A stretch of 64,000 nt of DNA from Podarcis melisellensis (taxonomy: Eukaryota). Both the position numbers and the translations under genes were made by a program. Location: the NCBI GenBank assembly GCA_964234715.1, contig OZ174278.1; one strand, written 5' to 3'. The notes beneath the pieces were generated by a model. It saw only the letters and a list, made by a program, of their open reading frames with translations. It ran no database searches and was not told the DNA's origin. Positions 51,336 to 63,899 of this stretch are shown piece by piece (position 1 is the first letter of the stretch; the number at the start of each line of letters is the position of its first letter).

Positions 51336-51974
51336 AGTTAATGCCTCACTATCACAGTCCTCTACTCATTTGTTAAGCAAAACACACAGAATGAGACACA
51401 GGATGGCCAGTTTTCAGTAATTTTCTCTCTAGAATGGGCAATGGTGAGAAAGAGAATAATATTACAAAACCCAAGATTTCCAGTAGGCAGTTGGCTCTTC
51501 CAGCTCCAACAAGACAGAGCTTACCCAGTGCTCTCCAGGAATCATCACATTTCCACTTCGTTTTAAGAACAGGTATACATACTTCTCTCCCCCCCCCTCT
51601 CCATTTCTAGTGTGGGTTATATGGCAAAATTGTCATGCTCATGGTCTGTAGGCTTTGGAAAGTTAAGGACTTAGTCATTCTTTAGATCAAGGTGTGTATG
51701 TATTCCAGAATTTGCTGCCTGCTTAAATTGTAATGTTGCTGTCTGAAGCAGCATTTATATACTCTGTCACTTTTATTTCATGTAGTAAACAACACTTTCT
51801 TTATTCCTCCATGTGAGACATTCTTGTGGGCATAGTGTTAAGGGTAAAACACATAATCAGAGGCAAGTGTGTATTACAACTCCAGTAACAGACCCTAAAC
51901 CTCTTAGCAGTGTGTATATGAGCATACTTGAGCACTGGCTATGCACATGTGAGTCCAGGTACATGCTTGTAACA

Positions 51975-52075
51975 AGTTCTCCCCATTTTATACTCATAAC
52001 AACTGTGTGACATTGAACTTCAACATGGCTGAATGGGGATTTGAAACACTCTAACCATTACGCTACAGTGTCTCT
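51975..52075 (-). mobile_element. CORE/MIR-like SINE fragment
   Basis: CTCCCCATTTTATACTCATAACAAC...CATGGCTGAATGGGGATTTGAA...CTCTAACCATTACGCTACA; reverse of the 41158 family. Confidence 0.55.
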
Positions 52076-52084
52076 GGTTTACAA

Positions 52085-52172
52085 TTGTTGTTGGCATCCA
52101 TCTGTCTCAAGAGACAATGGAGTATGTCTTCAGGGGTGAAATCAAACCCCCGCATTAGCAGCACCAAAGTGG
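52085..52172 (-). mobile_element. RTE-type 3' tail fragment (LINE end or RTE-dependent SINE)
   Basis: Minus strand CCATTGTCTCTTGAGACAGATGGATGCCAACAACAA resembles the 3' end of the RTE at about 18110-18140. Confidence 0.55.
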
Positions 52173-53007
52173 GCCTTTGGTCTCATTTGGCAGGGCTCCT
52201 CTCATGTTCTCATAATGGTTTTACCCACCATCTGTTTTTTGGTATCTTCTGCAGTTCCTCTTAGATGGCAAAATGTCCTTGGTAGCAGGTGGAATGTTTC
52301 TAGTTCAAGACCTGGACATGGCAGGAGTTATCTAGAAACCAATACGAAGTGGATTGGATGGCTTATCTTGATTAAAAGGTAGCACTCTAAATTAATTCCT
52401 TAAATAAAGATAGCATATAGCATTAGCACGTTCCTCAATCTTAATACATTTGTACAACTATTGGGATAAATTGAGCCACACAACTATTAAACAGATGGCA
52501 TAGGGTACAAAATAAAATCCACTGGAAATACCTATGTGCCTAAAATAGCCCTTTTGATTATATATTTAAAGCAATGTAAGCATTAATAACATGTTTTCTG
52601 TTCAGCACAATCTGCTAGACAAATTAAGGTCCTTTTTTCTAAGAGCTATGTTACCCAAGCCACAAGGTCTGGGACACTGAAAAAATAATGGCAAACATTA
52701 GTGGAGAGTGGTCATTGGCCAGAATGTGCCATGGAAATGCTCTCATTTTAAAAGATATATGTAAAAGATCTGCTGACTTTGTGTAGCTGCTGTAGTAAAT
52801 GATGTATGAAATGAAAAGGCTTTCTCAACCCAGTGAGCTTTCAGCCAGCATTCTGTGTGATGTACTATCTTCTAATAGCTTCTACCAAAAAAGAAGAAAA
52901 GAATGGATGGATGGATGAATGAATGAATGAAATATTCAGTATGCAATTTGAAAGCCACATTTAAAATGGGAGCACTTCTGTTGAACAGCTTCATGTGTCC
53001 ATTCAGT

Positions 53008-53243
53008 ACTTTAAGCCCGCAACTTACATGGGGGTTACGTTCCAGTGATTACGCCTAAAACCAAATCGCATATAGTCAAAACACATTGGGTTCAGTGGTG
53101 GGTGGCATCACCAAAGTCTTCCCCCCCCCCTCAGATGGACACCCCCTTTCCACCCCTTTTACTTATTTATTGTCAAGTAAAGCTGACAATAAATAAAGCT
53201 GAATGTGCACAAGTTAATGTGCGTAAGTTGCATGCTTACTATA
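53008..53243. mobile_element. Tc1/mariner-like MITE (degenerate ends)
   Basis: TAAGCCCGCAACTTAC... pairs with ...GTAAGTTGCATGCTTACTATA. Confidence 0.55.
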
Positions 53244-53928
53244 TCTGGCCACAACCCGTAGATGTGTTAACCAACATGAGGCCGTGTCTAGCTTGGGGTG
53301 TAAAGGCCCCAGCTTCCAACTGGAGATCAGCCATTTTGACATTCACTCCATGGGCCTGACATTTAGAATAATAAAAATTTATTTCTTGTACCCCACCCAT
53401 TTGACTTGGTTGCTCCTTCCTTATCACTTTTGTCCTCAATGAAAAACTTTAATAAAGGCACATTAATTGCATGTGCAAGTCCTGGTTTGGGGAGGACTCA
53501 CTACATTTCTAAGGTGGCCCTGTGTTCTCCTTTACAAAGGACAGTAGTCTACTGTAGTTGGAGGGCTGTTAAAGGACAGTCCTTGATTGCAACACATCCT
53601 CTATTTGGAAAGCCAGTCCATGTCCAGTTTAAAGATAAAGATCCATAAGAAGCAGTGGGAACCCCTGAAGTTGCCCATTAACAATTTACACATGGACGGC
53701 AGACTATGGTGAGATGCATTGTAATTCTATTTAAATTACAGCAATAATTTCGAAATATCCATCTGTTACATACCAATCGGCATATGCAGTTTAGTTTGGT
53801 TTGCTAATACGAGACTTCTTTTGTCCTCTTTTTTAGTGTCATATATGTTTCCAGCCTACTATGAAACCTCAAGTATGAATATGTAACACACATAAATTGC
53901 TTCCCTTTGAACTAGGTTCTTTGAGTTG

Positions 53929-54077
53929 AGTCCATAGCTCAGTTGGTTAGTGCATGGTGCTGATAATGGCAAAGTTGCAGTTTCAATCCCTGTAAGGAAC
54001 AGCTGCATATTCCTGCATTGCAGGGGGTTGGACTAGATGATCCTTAGGGTTCCTTCCAAGCCTATGATTCTATGATT
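53929..54077 (+). mobile_element. tRNA-Ile-derived SINE with CR1-type tail
   Basis: Head TAGCTCAGTTGGTTAGTGCATGGTGCTGATAATGGCAAAGTTGCAGTTTCAATCCC resembles tRNA-Ile. Tail GGGGGTTGGACTAGATGATCC...CCTTCCAA...ATGATTCTATGATT. Confidence 0.8.
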
Positions 54078-57000
54078 AGGAATCATGGTGTTGGGGCCCT
54101 CTGATAACTCCTAATGGCTGGAATAAGGCTTAGCTAGGACGGAAGTAATCGCTGGGTACAGGCAATTACTTCCTGATGCTTGCCCTAATCCGAGATAAAC
54201 TGCTGCAGTGTGAGTAGCAAATAGTTCCTGAATCATCCAATGCAAATGAAGACATGGGATATGCTTGAACCCTTACTACATATCTGCTGAAACTGTTGGA
54301 AACTGAGGCAGCAGTAATGGCTGCTAGAGCAAGATCTATAATTACAGCATTCTGCCACCAAGATAACAAGCATAATAGTGTACCAAAATGAAATCAACCT
54401 TGTATTACAGCACAGACAAACTAGTGTCACAATGTTTTGTCCATTGGACATTTTGTCATTTTATTGTCGCCTGAAACTGTCTACGTAGAGATTTTTGGGG
54501 AAAACAACAACCAGTATACTTTTAAATGAATAAATCATATTAACGACTTCTATTTCTTACCAACATCTTCATTTTATACAAGGTGGGAGGGTTTGAATGA
54601 TAGTACATAATGGAGACAAGGTACCTTTTAATATGAGAACTACTTCTCAGTCAACATTTAAGAGAGGGGAAATGTAACCACTTGAGGTTGCCCTAATGCT
54701 GACTTGGCGCCCTCTTTCTTGGCTGAAGAAATAAGAGGAGCCACTGAAATGGTGACACAAATTGATGGTAATAAATTAGTACATTCATAAAAAGACTTCC
54801 AATTTTAGCACTAAAAGCACACCATTATATGCAGCATAATGTAGTTTAAAAGGCACACTGATAAGTGGCGGTATTCAAATCCATTTCTGTGCCCTTTTGT
54901 GTTCTTATCTACCCCAGGCCAGCAGACAATCCAGCTTTTCACTAACCTTTGGCACTCCACCATCAGCAATAAAATGTGAGCTCCTTTATATTCCCAGGAC
55001 TTCCTTAATTAGCATCACCTGTGGTATGTTCTGTTTGAAGCTGCATCAGCAGCAGAACACACCTGCTTTCATGCCTGCAGGTAGAATAAGGTTCAATGTC
55101 TTAGGGCTCCTGGGAGTCCCATCTGTGTGCCCTAAAGCAATGCTAGACTAGAGCCATGGCTAAATACCTATCATCTTTAGTGATCCACTAATCCTGGTAA
55201 TTGTTGCCTTGATGAAGTGAAATGATAAACAGTGTTCTGATATAAGCCTGTGTCAAGTTCCAAAGAAACTATTTCCTTGTCTTCCTGTTTGAGAAGAACT
55301 ATTTGGGGTGCCAGATAGAAAATAATAGAACATTTCAGATATTCATTGTCTACAACGTTTGAAATGTTAATTATTATGCTATTTGCATAATCACTTTTTA
55401 ATCTACCTTTCTCATTTGGAAGCACATTTATAATGAAACTTGAAGCAATTTGTCCTCATGGAGACGGATATATGTATTTAATTATATGTACTCATTTGTA
55501 TTCCTATATATTCTAGAGGTTGAATCTAACTACCTATTAATAGCACAAATGTGCATATTAGGGGTCGAGAGCAGGAGCTTTATTAATGAATCATGAATAC
55601 CATGATTGCAGAATTGTAGGGAAACATGCTAAGAATTGCAGCCATAAAGGATAAAAGTTAGGGTTTTTTGTTTGTTTGTTTGTTTGCTTGTTTCAATTCT
55701 GGTTTTGTTTTTCTGTAGTACATTTTTACTAAGACAGCTAGCTTTATCAATTGAGAGCTCTGGAGCTTTCTCAATGCCATGTAATATTGCTGTCTCCCAA
55801 TATATCATACTGTATCTTGCACTCAAGACAAAGAAGATGATGCCCCATGATTTCTAACCATGAGGAGCATCTTTTCCTTAACCAAATGTGTACTTACTGA
55901 AAACTTTGTGCTGTGCATGTGTAATTCAATCCTATAAATGTTGTGACTAAAGATCAAGTAGAGAGGACAAAGGTCTTCTGTCTCACTAAACAATAGATAA
56001 TGAAATAGGCTAAACTATTTGTTTCAGGTCAGGAAAGTGACAAGATAGTGGAGTAATATAATATTTCTAGCTGGGAGATCCAGTATTCCTTTACTTCAGT
56101 ATCTTCAATATTATCTGATACAATTCATGGGAAATATATGTAACACCCAGTTTGCATGCACTACTAAAACTTTGAGCTTTAGATATGAGTCAAAGCACTG
56201 TAAATTGGATGACAACTCAGCCGCAGCCTTGTTATAATTGGCAGGCTTTGATTCAGGTCCACCCAGAGTCGGATCCTAAATGGCTGCTTTCACAAGAGAT
56301 ACAAACTGGCTGTTACATTTGATGCTTTGCAAGGATGGTGGTGCTATTCCATGTGTCATTTAAAACCCAGAAAGGTCCATTACTTGCAGGAGATACAGAC
56401 ATATTATTGTGCCAGCATAGAAGGTAGTGGGGTCACTTGAAATATAATAGAATCGTTCATAAAAGGCAATAATTGTTTCTTGAATCCTAGATATACTAAT
56501 CAACAGGAGGCTTCATGTGACCAAAATCCACCTGCCAAGTCTTTTCAAGGGAAATGTTATTGAAGTGAGGCTTCCTGCAGCACAACATCTTTTTTCTGCT
56601 TGTTCAAGTCTCCAATGACCTGGAGGAAGTGGGAGATCAACTCAAGAATATAATCCAATAAAGAAACTCCTTATTTCCTGAAGCGGACCATAACTGAAAG
56701 ATGTCTATGTGTTTGACATAACAGGAAGAAATATACAATATCAGCTGATGAGTATCAATATGAGCTGATGAGTGGTACATGTTTGTAACATTCAAACTTT
56801 GCATATTTAGGAGCTATTTCTACAATCAGCACCTAACTATCATCGTATGTAAAATGGCCATGAGGGAGCAGAATGGAAACACAAGATCGCGTATATTAAT
56901 CTACCCAGCTCTGCCTTGAAACATTTTGGCAAGATGTCAACTTTCCTTAAATTCTCTGCTAATAATTTCTTCTAAGGTATGCAACCCAGCCTGCACCCTT

Positions 57001-57945
57001 ACTTTTCTTACACCCATTAAAGGCTGGGTGTGCAGACACTTGGCACATGAGAAACATCCCACTAGCACTGCTGCCAAACATATTTTTAATTAGTGGCAAG
57101 ACACATATACTGAAAAAGATATGCAGTGCCAAAAGGAACCCCGGGGTCCTGATAATCCAAATCTTTATTACTGAGTAATGGAACACGATACCTGACAATC
57201 CTGAGTCGTGGATGTTGCCAAGTCAAGGACATAAATAACAACACAGAGATTAATGTCACCCCTACTGCTATTGAGCATTAGCATGGCAATGGTCTGGTCC
57301 CCCATACTGGCACAAACTAATTCTGCCTAGCGGGAGAACCCAACCTCTTTCCACTAATGTGCTCATTGGGAAGAAAATTAAAACTGCCTCATACTTCACC
57401 ACTGTCTTGTAAACCTAGGATCTTAATAACTTTATGGATTCAGAACTAGGAGAGTAAAGCCCTAGAATTGTATTTTGTTTAATAAACATGGGCAGTGCAT
57501 GAGAAACACAATATTGGAAAGGCTCTTTTATACCTTTCCAACTGTTAAAAAAAAAGAGCCCATTTTAAATTCAACTGGATGAAATAGTACCTTATGTATG
57601 TACAGTAAATAATATGAAACCAAATTTAATAAAAACCTGCAGAGCAAAAAAATTAAAAGGAGCACAAATTATATGAAGAAAGTAAACTTATTGTCAAGTA
57701 TTTTACTCAAGTACTGAACATTTATTCATATTTATAAAGTACTATTTGTAATTAACCAGGACACCTAAATATTCAGTGGATGCAGATTGCTTGACTGAAT
57801 AATTATGACTATGCTGTAAATGGAACAGGATGTACCTGTTAATGATGTTGCTGATGCCACATTTATTTTTGCCTTGTCCCAGATTTGCTACAGCCTGTTA
57901 CAGAAATATCAGGGAATGTTGGGCACAGAAGAACTTCATTTACTT

Positions 57946-58228
57946 GAACATAAGAGCCTGCTGGATCAGGCAAATGCCCCATCTACTCCAGGATCTTGTT
58001 CTGACAGTGGCCAACCAGACGCTCATGGGAAACCTGCAAACAGGACATGAGCGCAAGAGCATTCTCCCCTCCTGCAGCTTCCCGCATACTGCCTTCAACC
58101 AAGGAGGCAAAGCCTAGCCGTCAAGTCTAGTAGCCACTAGTGGCCTCATCCTTCATGGATTTCCCTACTTCTGTTTTAAAGCTATCCAAGTTGATATCCA
58201 CAACTGCCTCCTGTGAAAGCAAGTTCCT
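57946..58228 (-). mobile_element. CR1 LINE 3' fragment
   Basis: GAACATAAGAGCCTGCTGGATCAGG...CAGTGGCCAACCAGA..., the typical reverse-strand CR1 3' end. Confidence 0.7.
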
Positions 58229-58408
58229 ACTGCATTAAGTACTTGTTTTTTTCCTGTCCTGAGCAACTAAAAGGGTAGGAGGGAAAGGGAAGCAATCTAG
58301 GAGAGAATGAGGGGGGGGGGGGAAATAGAGTGATGGGAAGGTAGGGGAAAGAAGGTAGTGTGCCACAGGAGTCAGGAGAGAGAATGGTGTGCCAGAAAGC
58401 CATATGTG

Positions 58409-58411
<3 letters not shown>

Positions 58412-58438
<27 letters not shown>
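58412..58438. repeat. (CA)n microsatellite
   Basis: Directly visible. Confidence 0.95.
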
Positions 58439-58439
<1 letters not shown>

Positions 58440-59984
58440 CTCTTGGATCTAGTAAATGGATCCTCTTGAAAGTAATTTTTCACTCACACATCCTGCCTCA
58501 TCAGCAATCAAATTACAGACCACATCTACCTCCATTGAATAAATTTTACATTAAAAAAAATCTCATGCTTCCTACCACCATCATGGCACACAAAGCGTTT
58601 TGAGACCCAAATCCTTATGGATCCCCATATTTTTACAATGGGTTCTCTCAAGGACAAAAACACAGGATCTATGACCACACACCGGCAGGGTACCCATATA
58701 TTTTTAACACACACACCTCCCCCCCCCCCAGGAATCTTGTGTAAAATGCAGATTCAGGAGGATATTTTTTCATTCTACTGACTCCAACTAATCCAGACCC
58801 CATTGAAATGTGTGTATGTGATTGTATCTTCTATCAGTCTGGAGTGTGTCTGTGAGGGAAAACTGACCTGGGGTGGGGATGGCAGAAGATACATCCAAAG
58901 GAGATGACATCCATGGCATTTTCTCAAATACGCCCTTAGACCCAAAGATGTTGGTTACCCCAGTGTAAAGAATTGTCACCTAACAATACAATCCTATGCA
59001 AATTTATTCAGAAGTGTTATACTGTATTCAGTGAGGCTTACTTCTTAGTGTGTTTAGGACACAATACTTTGAAATGTGCAAAAAATCTAATAAAAATAGT
59101 TTTAGCAAGGTTGGGATCTCAATTGCTATCAGGCTTCAAATCAAGTGCTATCAAGTATGACCACAATAGGAGAAATATCTACATGCTGTTGTTTTACATA
59201 ACTCCAGGGTACAGCTGTCTAGTTTTCCACCCAAGCGAATTCCCTTGGCCCTCTGCCTGCCATACTGTCCCTATGGTTTGTTTGTTCTATTGTTTTTCCA
59301 GGGGAGTGATGCATTGCTGTATCTTCCTTTGCTGCAGCTGAAGTAGAACCATCCATCATCCCAATCATTGCTGCGAAGGACCTTATGGACTGGGAGTAAA
59401 TTATGAAGCTATGGGAAGAGAGAGAGTGAGGGAAAGAAAGGGAGAGATTACTTTTTGCAGAAACAGCTATTTTCTGCTAGTGTTTGTCTCTACATATTAT
59501 TCCTTTCTTGCTTGAGATCATGATGAGGCCAATGCATGGGGAAAAAGGCTAATTAATTTAGGAAAACAGTGAATATAATCAATCCAAATACACTTAACAT
59601 ATACAAGGCTGGCTTGTCTCTTCGTTGCATTTGTGTTTCAGTAGTTGTGGTTTTCTTGTTAATGCAATGCAAATATTGAACCTAAAGGGAAAAAATGCCC
59701 TGTCAAGATCCAAACTGAAACTATAATTGATGTGTCTTTCTGTTATAGGTTCATTCCTATACTGACAACTAATATATTTCCGGATAGTGATGGTACCATA
59801 TGCATCCCTAGTTACCATATGTAGCATATTTCTTTACTAGGTAAAATAATCACTTTCATCCTTAGAAACAACTCAGGTAAATATACAGAAGTTATTATTC
59901 TCTGGTACTAATGTTAGTTGGGTATGAATAAGACTAATAATAATGCAGCTGGTTATTGACACAATAGGTAACGCAATAGGCATA

Positions 59985-60226
59985 CAGTGGTACCTCGGCT
60001 TACATACGCTTCAGGTTACAGACGCTCCAGGTTACAGACTCCGCTAACCCAGAAATAGTACCTTGGATTAAGAACTTTGCTTCAGGATGAGAACAGAAAT
60101 TGTGCTCCGGTGGTGCTGCAGCAGCGGGAGGCCCCATTAGCTAAAGTGGTGCTTCAGGTTAAGAACAGTTTCAGGCTAAGAACGGACCTCCGGAAGGAAT
60201 TAAGTACTTAACCCGAGGTACCACTG
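59985..60226. mobile_element. Tigger-like MITE, family A
   Basis: TA|CAGTGGTACCTCGG...CCGAGGTACCACTG|TA. Highly similar to 46747-46972. Confidence 0.92.
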
Positions 60227-60304
60227 TATTTAAAACAGGACACTTGGAACTGTATGGTGTTCAAATGCAGCCATACTATTGTATTATGTAAAGATATTAC
60301 AATA

Positions 60305-60907
60305 CAGTGGTACCTCGGTTTACAAACTTAATCCGTTCTGGAAGTCCGTTCTTAAACCAAAATCGTTCTTAAACTGACGCGTGCTTTCCCTAATGAGGCC
60401 TCCCGCCGCCAGTGCCCTTCCACGGTTCAGATTCCCTTCTTAAGGTAAAGGTAAAGGGACCCCTGACCATTAGGTCCAGTCATGGCCGACTCTGGGGTTG
60501 CAGTGCTCATCTTGCTTTATTGGCTGAGGAAGCCGGCATACAGCTTCCAGGTCATGTGCCCAGCATGACTAAGCCGCTTCTGGAGAACCAGAACAGCGCA
60601 CGGAAATGCCATTTACCTTCCCGCCAGAGCGGTACCTATTTATCTACTTGCACTTTGACGTGCTTTCAAACTGCTAGGTTGCCAGGAGCAGGGACCGAGC
60701 AATGGCAGCTCACCACATTGTGGGGATTCGAACCGCCAACCTTCTGATTGGCAAGTCCTAGGCTCTGTGGTTTAACCCACAGCACCACCCACGTTCCGTT
60801 CTTAGACCAAAGTAAAGTTCTCAAACTGGGACACTATTTCCTGTTTTGAGGAGTTTGTAAACCGAATTGTTCTTAAACCGGAAAGTTCTTAAACCGAGGC
60901 ACCACTA
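60305..60907. mobile_element. Tigger-like MITE, family B, interrupted by a Sauria SINE
   Basis: TA|CAGTGGTACCTCGGTTT...AAACCGAGGCACCACTA|TA. Reverse complement of the 18710 copy. Confidence 0.88.
60443..60793 (-). mobile_element. Sauria SINE nested in a MITE
   Basis: Same family as 24148. TSD TTCCCTTCTTA / TTCCGTTCTTA (60432-60442, 60794-60804). Confidence 0.92.
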
Positions 60908-61109
60908 TACTATCCATTTTATTTTCAGCCCATCCTAATCATCACTGGCATGAAATTTGCTTTTTTCAGTATCATACCACTAAGCTGAGGATTTCATAGA
61001 ACTATTCATCATGAACAAAGAGCTCCTTTTTCAGTATTTGTAGCCATCATATAAAATACCAATGTTATGTTTGAGCTTAGTGTCCCCTGTTCCCCCTTCC
61101 ATCTCCCCA

Positions 61110-61270
61110 GTGCAGATTTTATATTTACCTACATTAAGTGTCATTTGCCATTTTGTTTCCCAAACACTCAGATTAGAGGGGTTCTTTGGATGCTTTTTGG
61201 AGTTGTCTTTGATTTTCATTATCCTGAATAATTCAGTGTCATATGCAAATTTAGCCACCTTACCCTTAAC
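61110..61270 (-). mobile_element. CR1 reverse-transcriptase fragment
   Basis: Minus ORF AKFAYDTELF...LSVWETKWQMTLNVGKYKI is a degenerate CR1 KFADDTKL...WQMxFNVxKCKV motif. Confidence 0.75.
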
Positions 61271-61319
61271 TCCAGAAGCCTCTGCTGTTCCTACAGATGC
61301 TAGGTGTTAGAGCTTTCAT

Positions 61320-61566
61320 GTGCTCTGCATGGGAGTGGTAAGCAGGGATCTACTAGGTAGAATCTCCCCTCAGAACCTGCATGAGCAGCACAAAATGTGC
61401 ACGCAAAGGCGTCTGTGTGACCCCCCCAAAAGCAAAATTCTTCAGGATTCTGAGTTATGTAGAAGTCTTCATGCTTCTAGCTTTATGTGCTACAGATGAC
61501 TGCTCTGTTTGGGTAGACATCAGAGGGGAGGGATACTCAGTATGCCTCCATTCTCATGTAGAGCAC
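61320..61566. repeat. Degenerate palindromic element
   Basis: GTGCTCTGCATGGGAGTGG (61320) versus CCATTCTCATGTAGAGCAC (61548), 16/19 complementary. Inner arms CTCCCCTC / GAGGGGAG. Confidence 0.5.
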
Positions 61567-61937
61567 CAGTCCCAACAACATATTTTAGGGATCCTACCAC
61601 TCATTTCCCTGTGAATGTCCATTTGTTTTTGCAGTCTGCATTCTCTTCATCAGTTACAAATCCATAATAGCAGTTATTCTCTTATCCCATGGTAGCTATG
61701 CTTACTAAAAAGTCTTTATTATAGACTTTGTTGAAAGACGTCCAAGAATGCAATGTCTACTACAGGGGTGGGGGACATCTTTATGTTGAAGGTCACATTC
61801 CAATAGTGGGTAGAAACAAAGCTGATGGCCAAAATGGCTGGAGCTAAAAGTGAGAAGGACCAGATTCAAAGTGGGCAGGGTCACTCCTTGTATCTCTCTT
61901 TCTGCTACCCTGTTCTCTGTCTTCCTAAACAAAAGAA

Positions 61938-62008
61938 AACAAGAAGAGCCCTGCTGGATCAGACTAATGGCTTATCTTGCCCAGCATCCTGTCCTCACAG
62001 TGGCTGGC
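61938..62008 (-). mobile_element. CR1 3' end fragment
   Basis: AAGAAGAGCCCTGCTGGATCAGACTAATGG...CCAGCATCCTGTCCTCACAGTGGC, like the 57946 copy. Confidence 0.6.
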
Positions 62009-63899
62009 TTTCTCTCTCTCTCTCCCTCTTCTCTACGCCTGTTTCTCTCACTTGGATTACTTTCTGGGTGGGGAGCAAGATGGCTTTCTTCCTCTCAACC
62101 TGACACAGATATACAGTGGAAGGCAGATAGTTCTGTGGCTGCTTGAGCAGCTTGCTTGGCTCCCATGCTGGATAAGAAGAAAGAAGAAAGGTATCCTATT
62201 TGCAGAGAACAGTCCTATAACAATATGTTCGCCAGTCCTCATTAACAGTCTGGCAACAGTACTCTGAATTAAGCTGTATTTCCAACTTCAGAGACAGGCA
62301 CGTGTATAACAGATTACAAATAATTTATTCATTTTTTCCTGTTTTCCTTCAGTAATCCTTTCACCTATCTAAGAAGCCAAGCATCTTCCTAGTGGGTTTC
62401 TTACTTATGATGTAAACATTGACATATATATTGTTTGTTTTTAATTCTAGCATTTTTCTTTGATAGATGAAACACATAACAGGTGACAATGAAGCAGCTT
62501 GTGTTCCTTTTAAAATAATAAATTGGAGCAGACTTACAGATTTTAAAGAAAGTCTTTTTGTTCTGCTTCTGTTAAGCATGGTGTACATGTAAAGTTTCCT
62601 TCTGAAAGAGGACTAATCCTGGAATACCATATAAAAGCAAAACATCAGGCTCATGCTAACCACTGGTTTAAATCCAAGAACCAGTTAATCCTTGAGGATC
62701 TCAGCCTTCAGTTTTATAGAAGTAAATTTCATACTCCTATGTAGGGTAGTGAACAGACTTTTAAAAGTTACAAAGCCCTCCCCCCTCAAAGGGGTTACCT
62801 GCTTAGATATTTTTATTACTATCAAGTGGTATATAGATTTTGTTAAATAAATAAAAATAAACCTGGATTAAATAGGATTGGACATATAGGCTAGCATTTT
62901 GAGGACAACAACATGTGAAAGCAGAAAAAAAACCTTGAAAGCACGAGGACTGCTGATTCCACAGTAAATGCCTATCTTGAAACACCCAATGTAGTCTGCT
63001 GAATATTGTAATTTAACTTTGTCCTTTGACCTTGAGATATTCAGATTCATATTCTTCTTTTAAAACCGTAATCACTTCTGGGAAGGAACTATCTAGATTA
63101 CATATGTTCCACGTGTAATATTTAGTGAGTAATGCTGGCAATATTCCCATAGTGTTCAATTTACACTGAGATACTCCTCTCAATAAAAAAAAGATTACTG
63201 GTTTGTAAGAAGATGTCAGAAAGCTTCCTAGTCCTTGCATTGCTCTCTCCTAACTCTTCCTGGATGCTGCTAGGCTGCTGATCAGTAAGTTGCCTGTTTG
63301 CTCTTGAAAATTGCTATTCTTAGGAAAGCTGCAGATGTTACACACAAGCAGTGGGAGGAAAGTACATTGACTTAAGATGTTTTCTTGCACTGCCACACAA
63401 GGCATACATTTATGGTAGAGAAAATGAAATCTCCCACAGATCTCGAATTCACACAACTTCTGTTTCAAATTCTCACTTCACACATTACACAAGAAAAATG
63501 GAAGGAAAAGTGTAACTCATGCACCATCTGTCAACACATGTATATCTTTTGAAGATGTCCTTAACAGTATAGATGTGCTTATGAAGAAATACAACTGAGT
63601 CCAACAGTCCCTTTCTCCACTTTCCTGACCAAGGAAACAGCTACTGCTCATCCACTGAAACTTTGGCTCTCTGCGAGAATGAAACCACAACTTCAAGTGC
63701 ATAGTCTTCTTGCTGCTCTGGATCCTGACCAGCATTCAATAAAAACCAAAAGCATTAAAGTTCAGTGTTTCTTTTAAATGAAAGACATTCTTTTGTGAAA
63801 ATGGTACAGAATTATCTATTGGCTTTGCTTAGACAGTATAAGACAGTTTTGATATATTTTCTAGAGATTAGATTTAAATAGAATTTTAAATAATTGGCT

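Noticed and set aside
53929-54001. Functional tRNA-Ile gene
   Set aside because: Degenerate T-arm and acceptor stem; continues into a CR1-type tail.
54704-54723. CTCF-like motif GGCGCCCTCT
   Set aside because: Only half of the core consensus matches.
24148-60793. All three Sauria SINEs lie on the minus strand
   Set aside because: Three copies are too few to infer an orientation bias.
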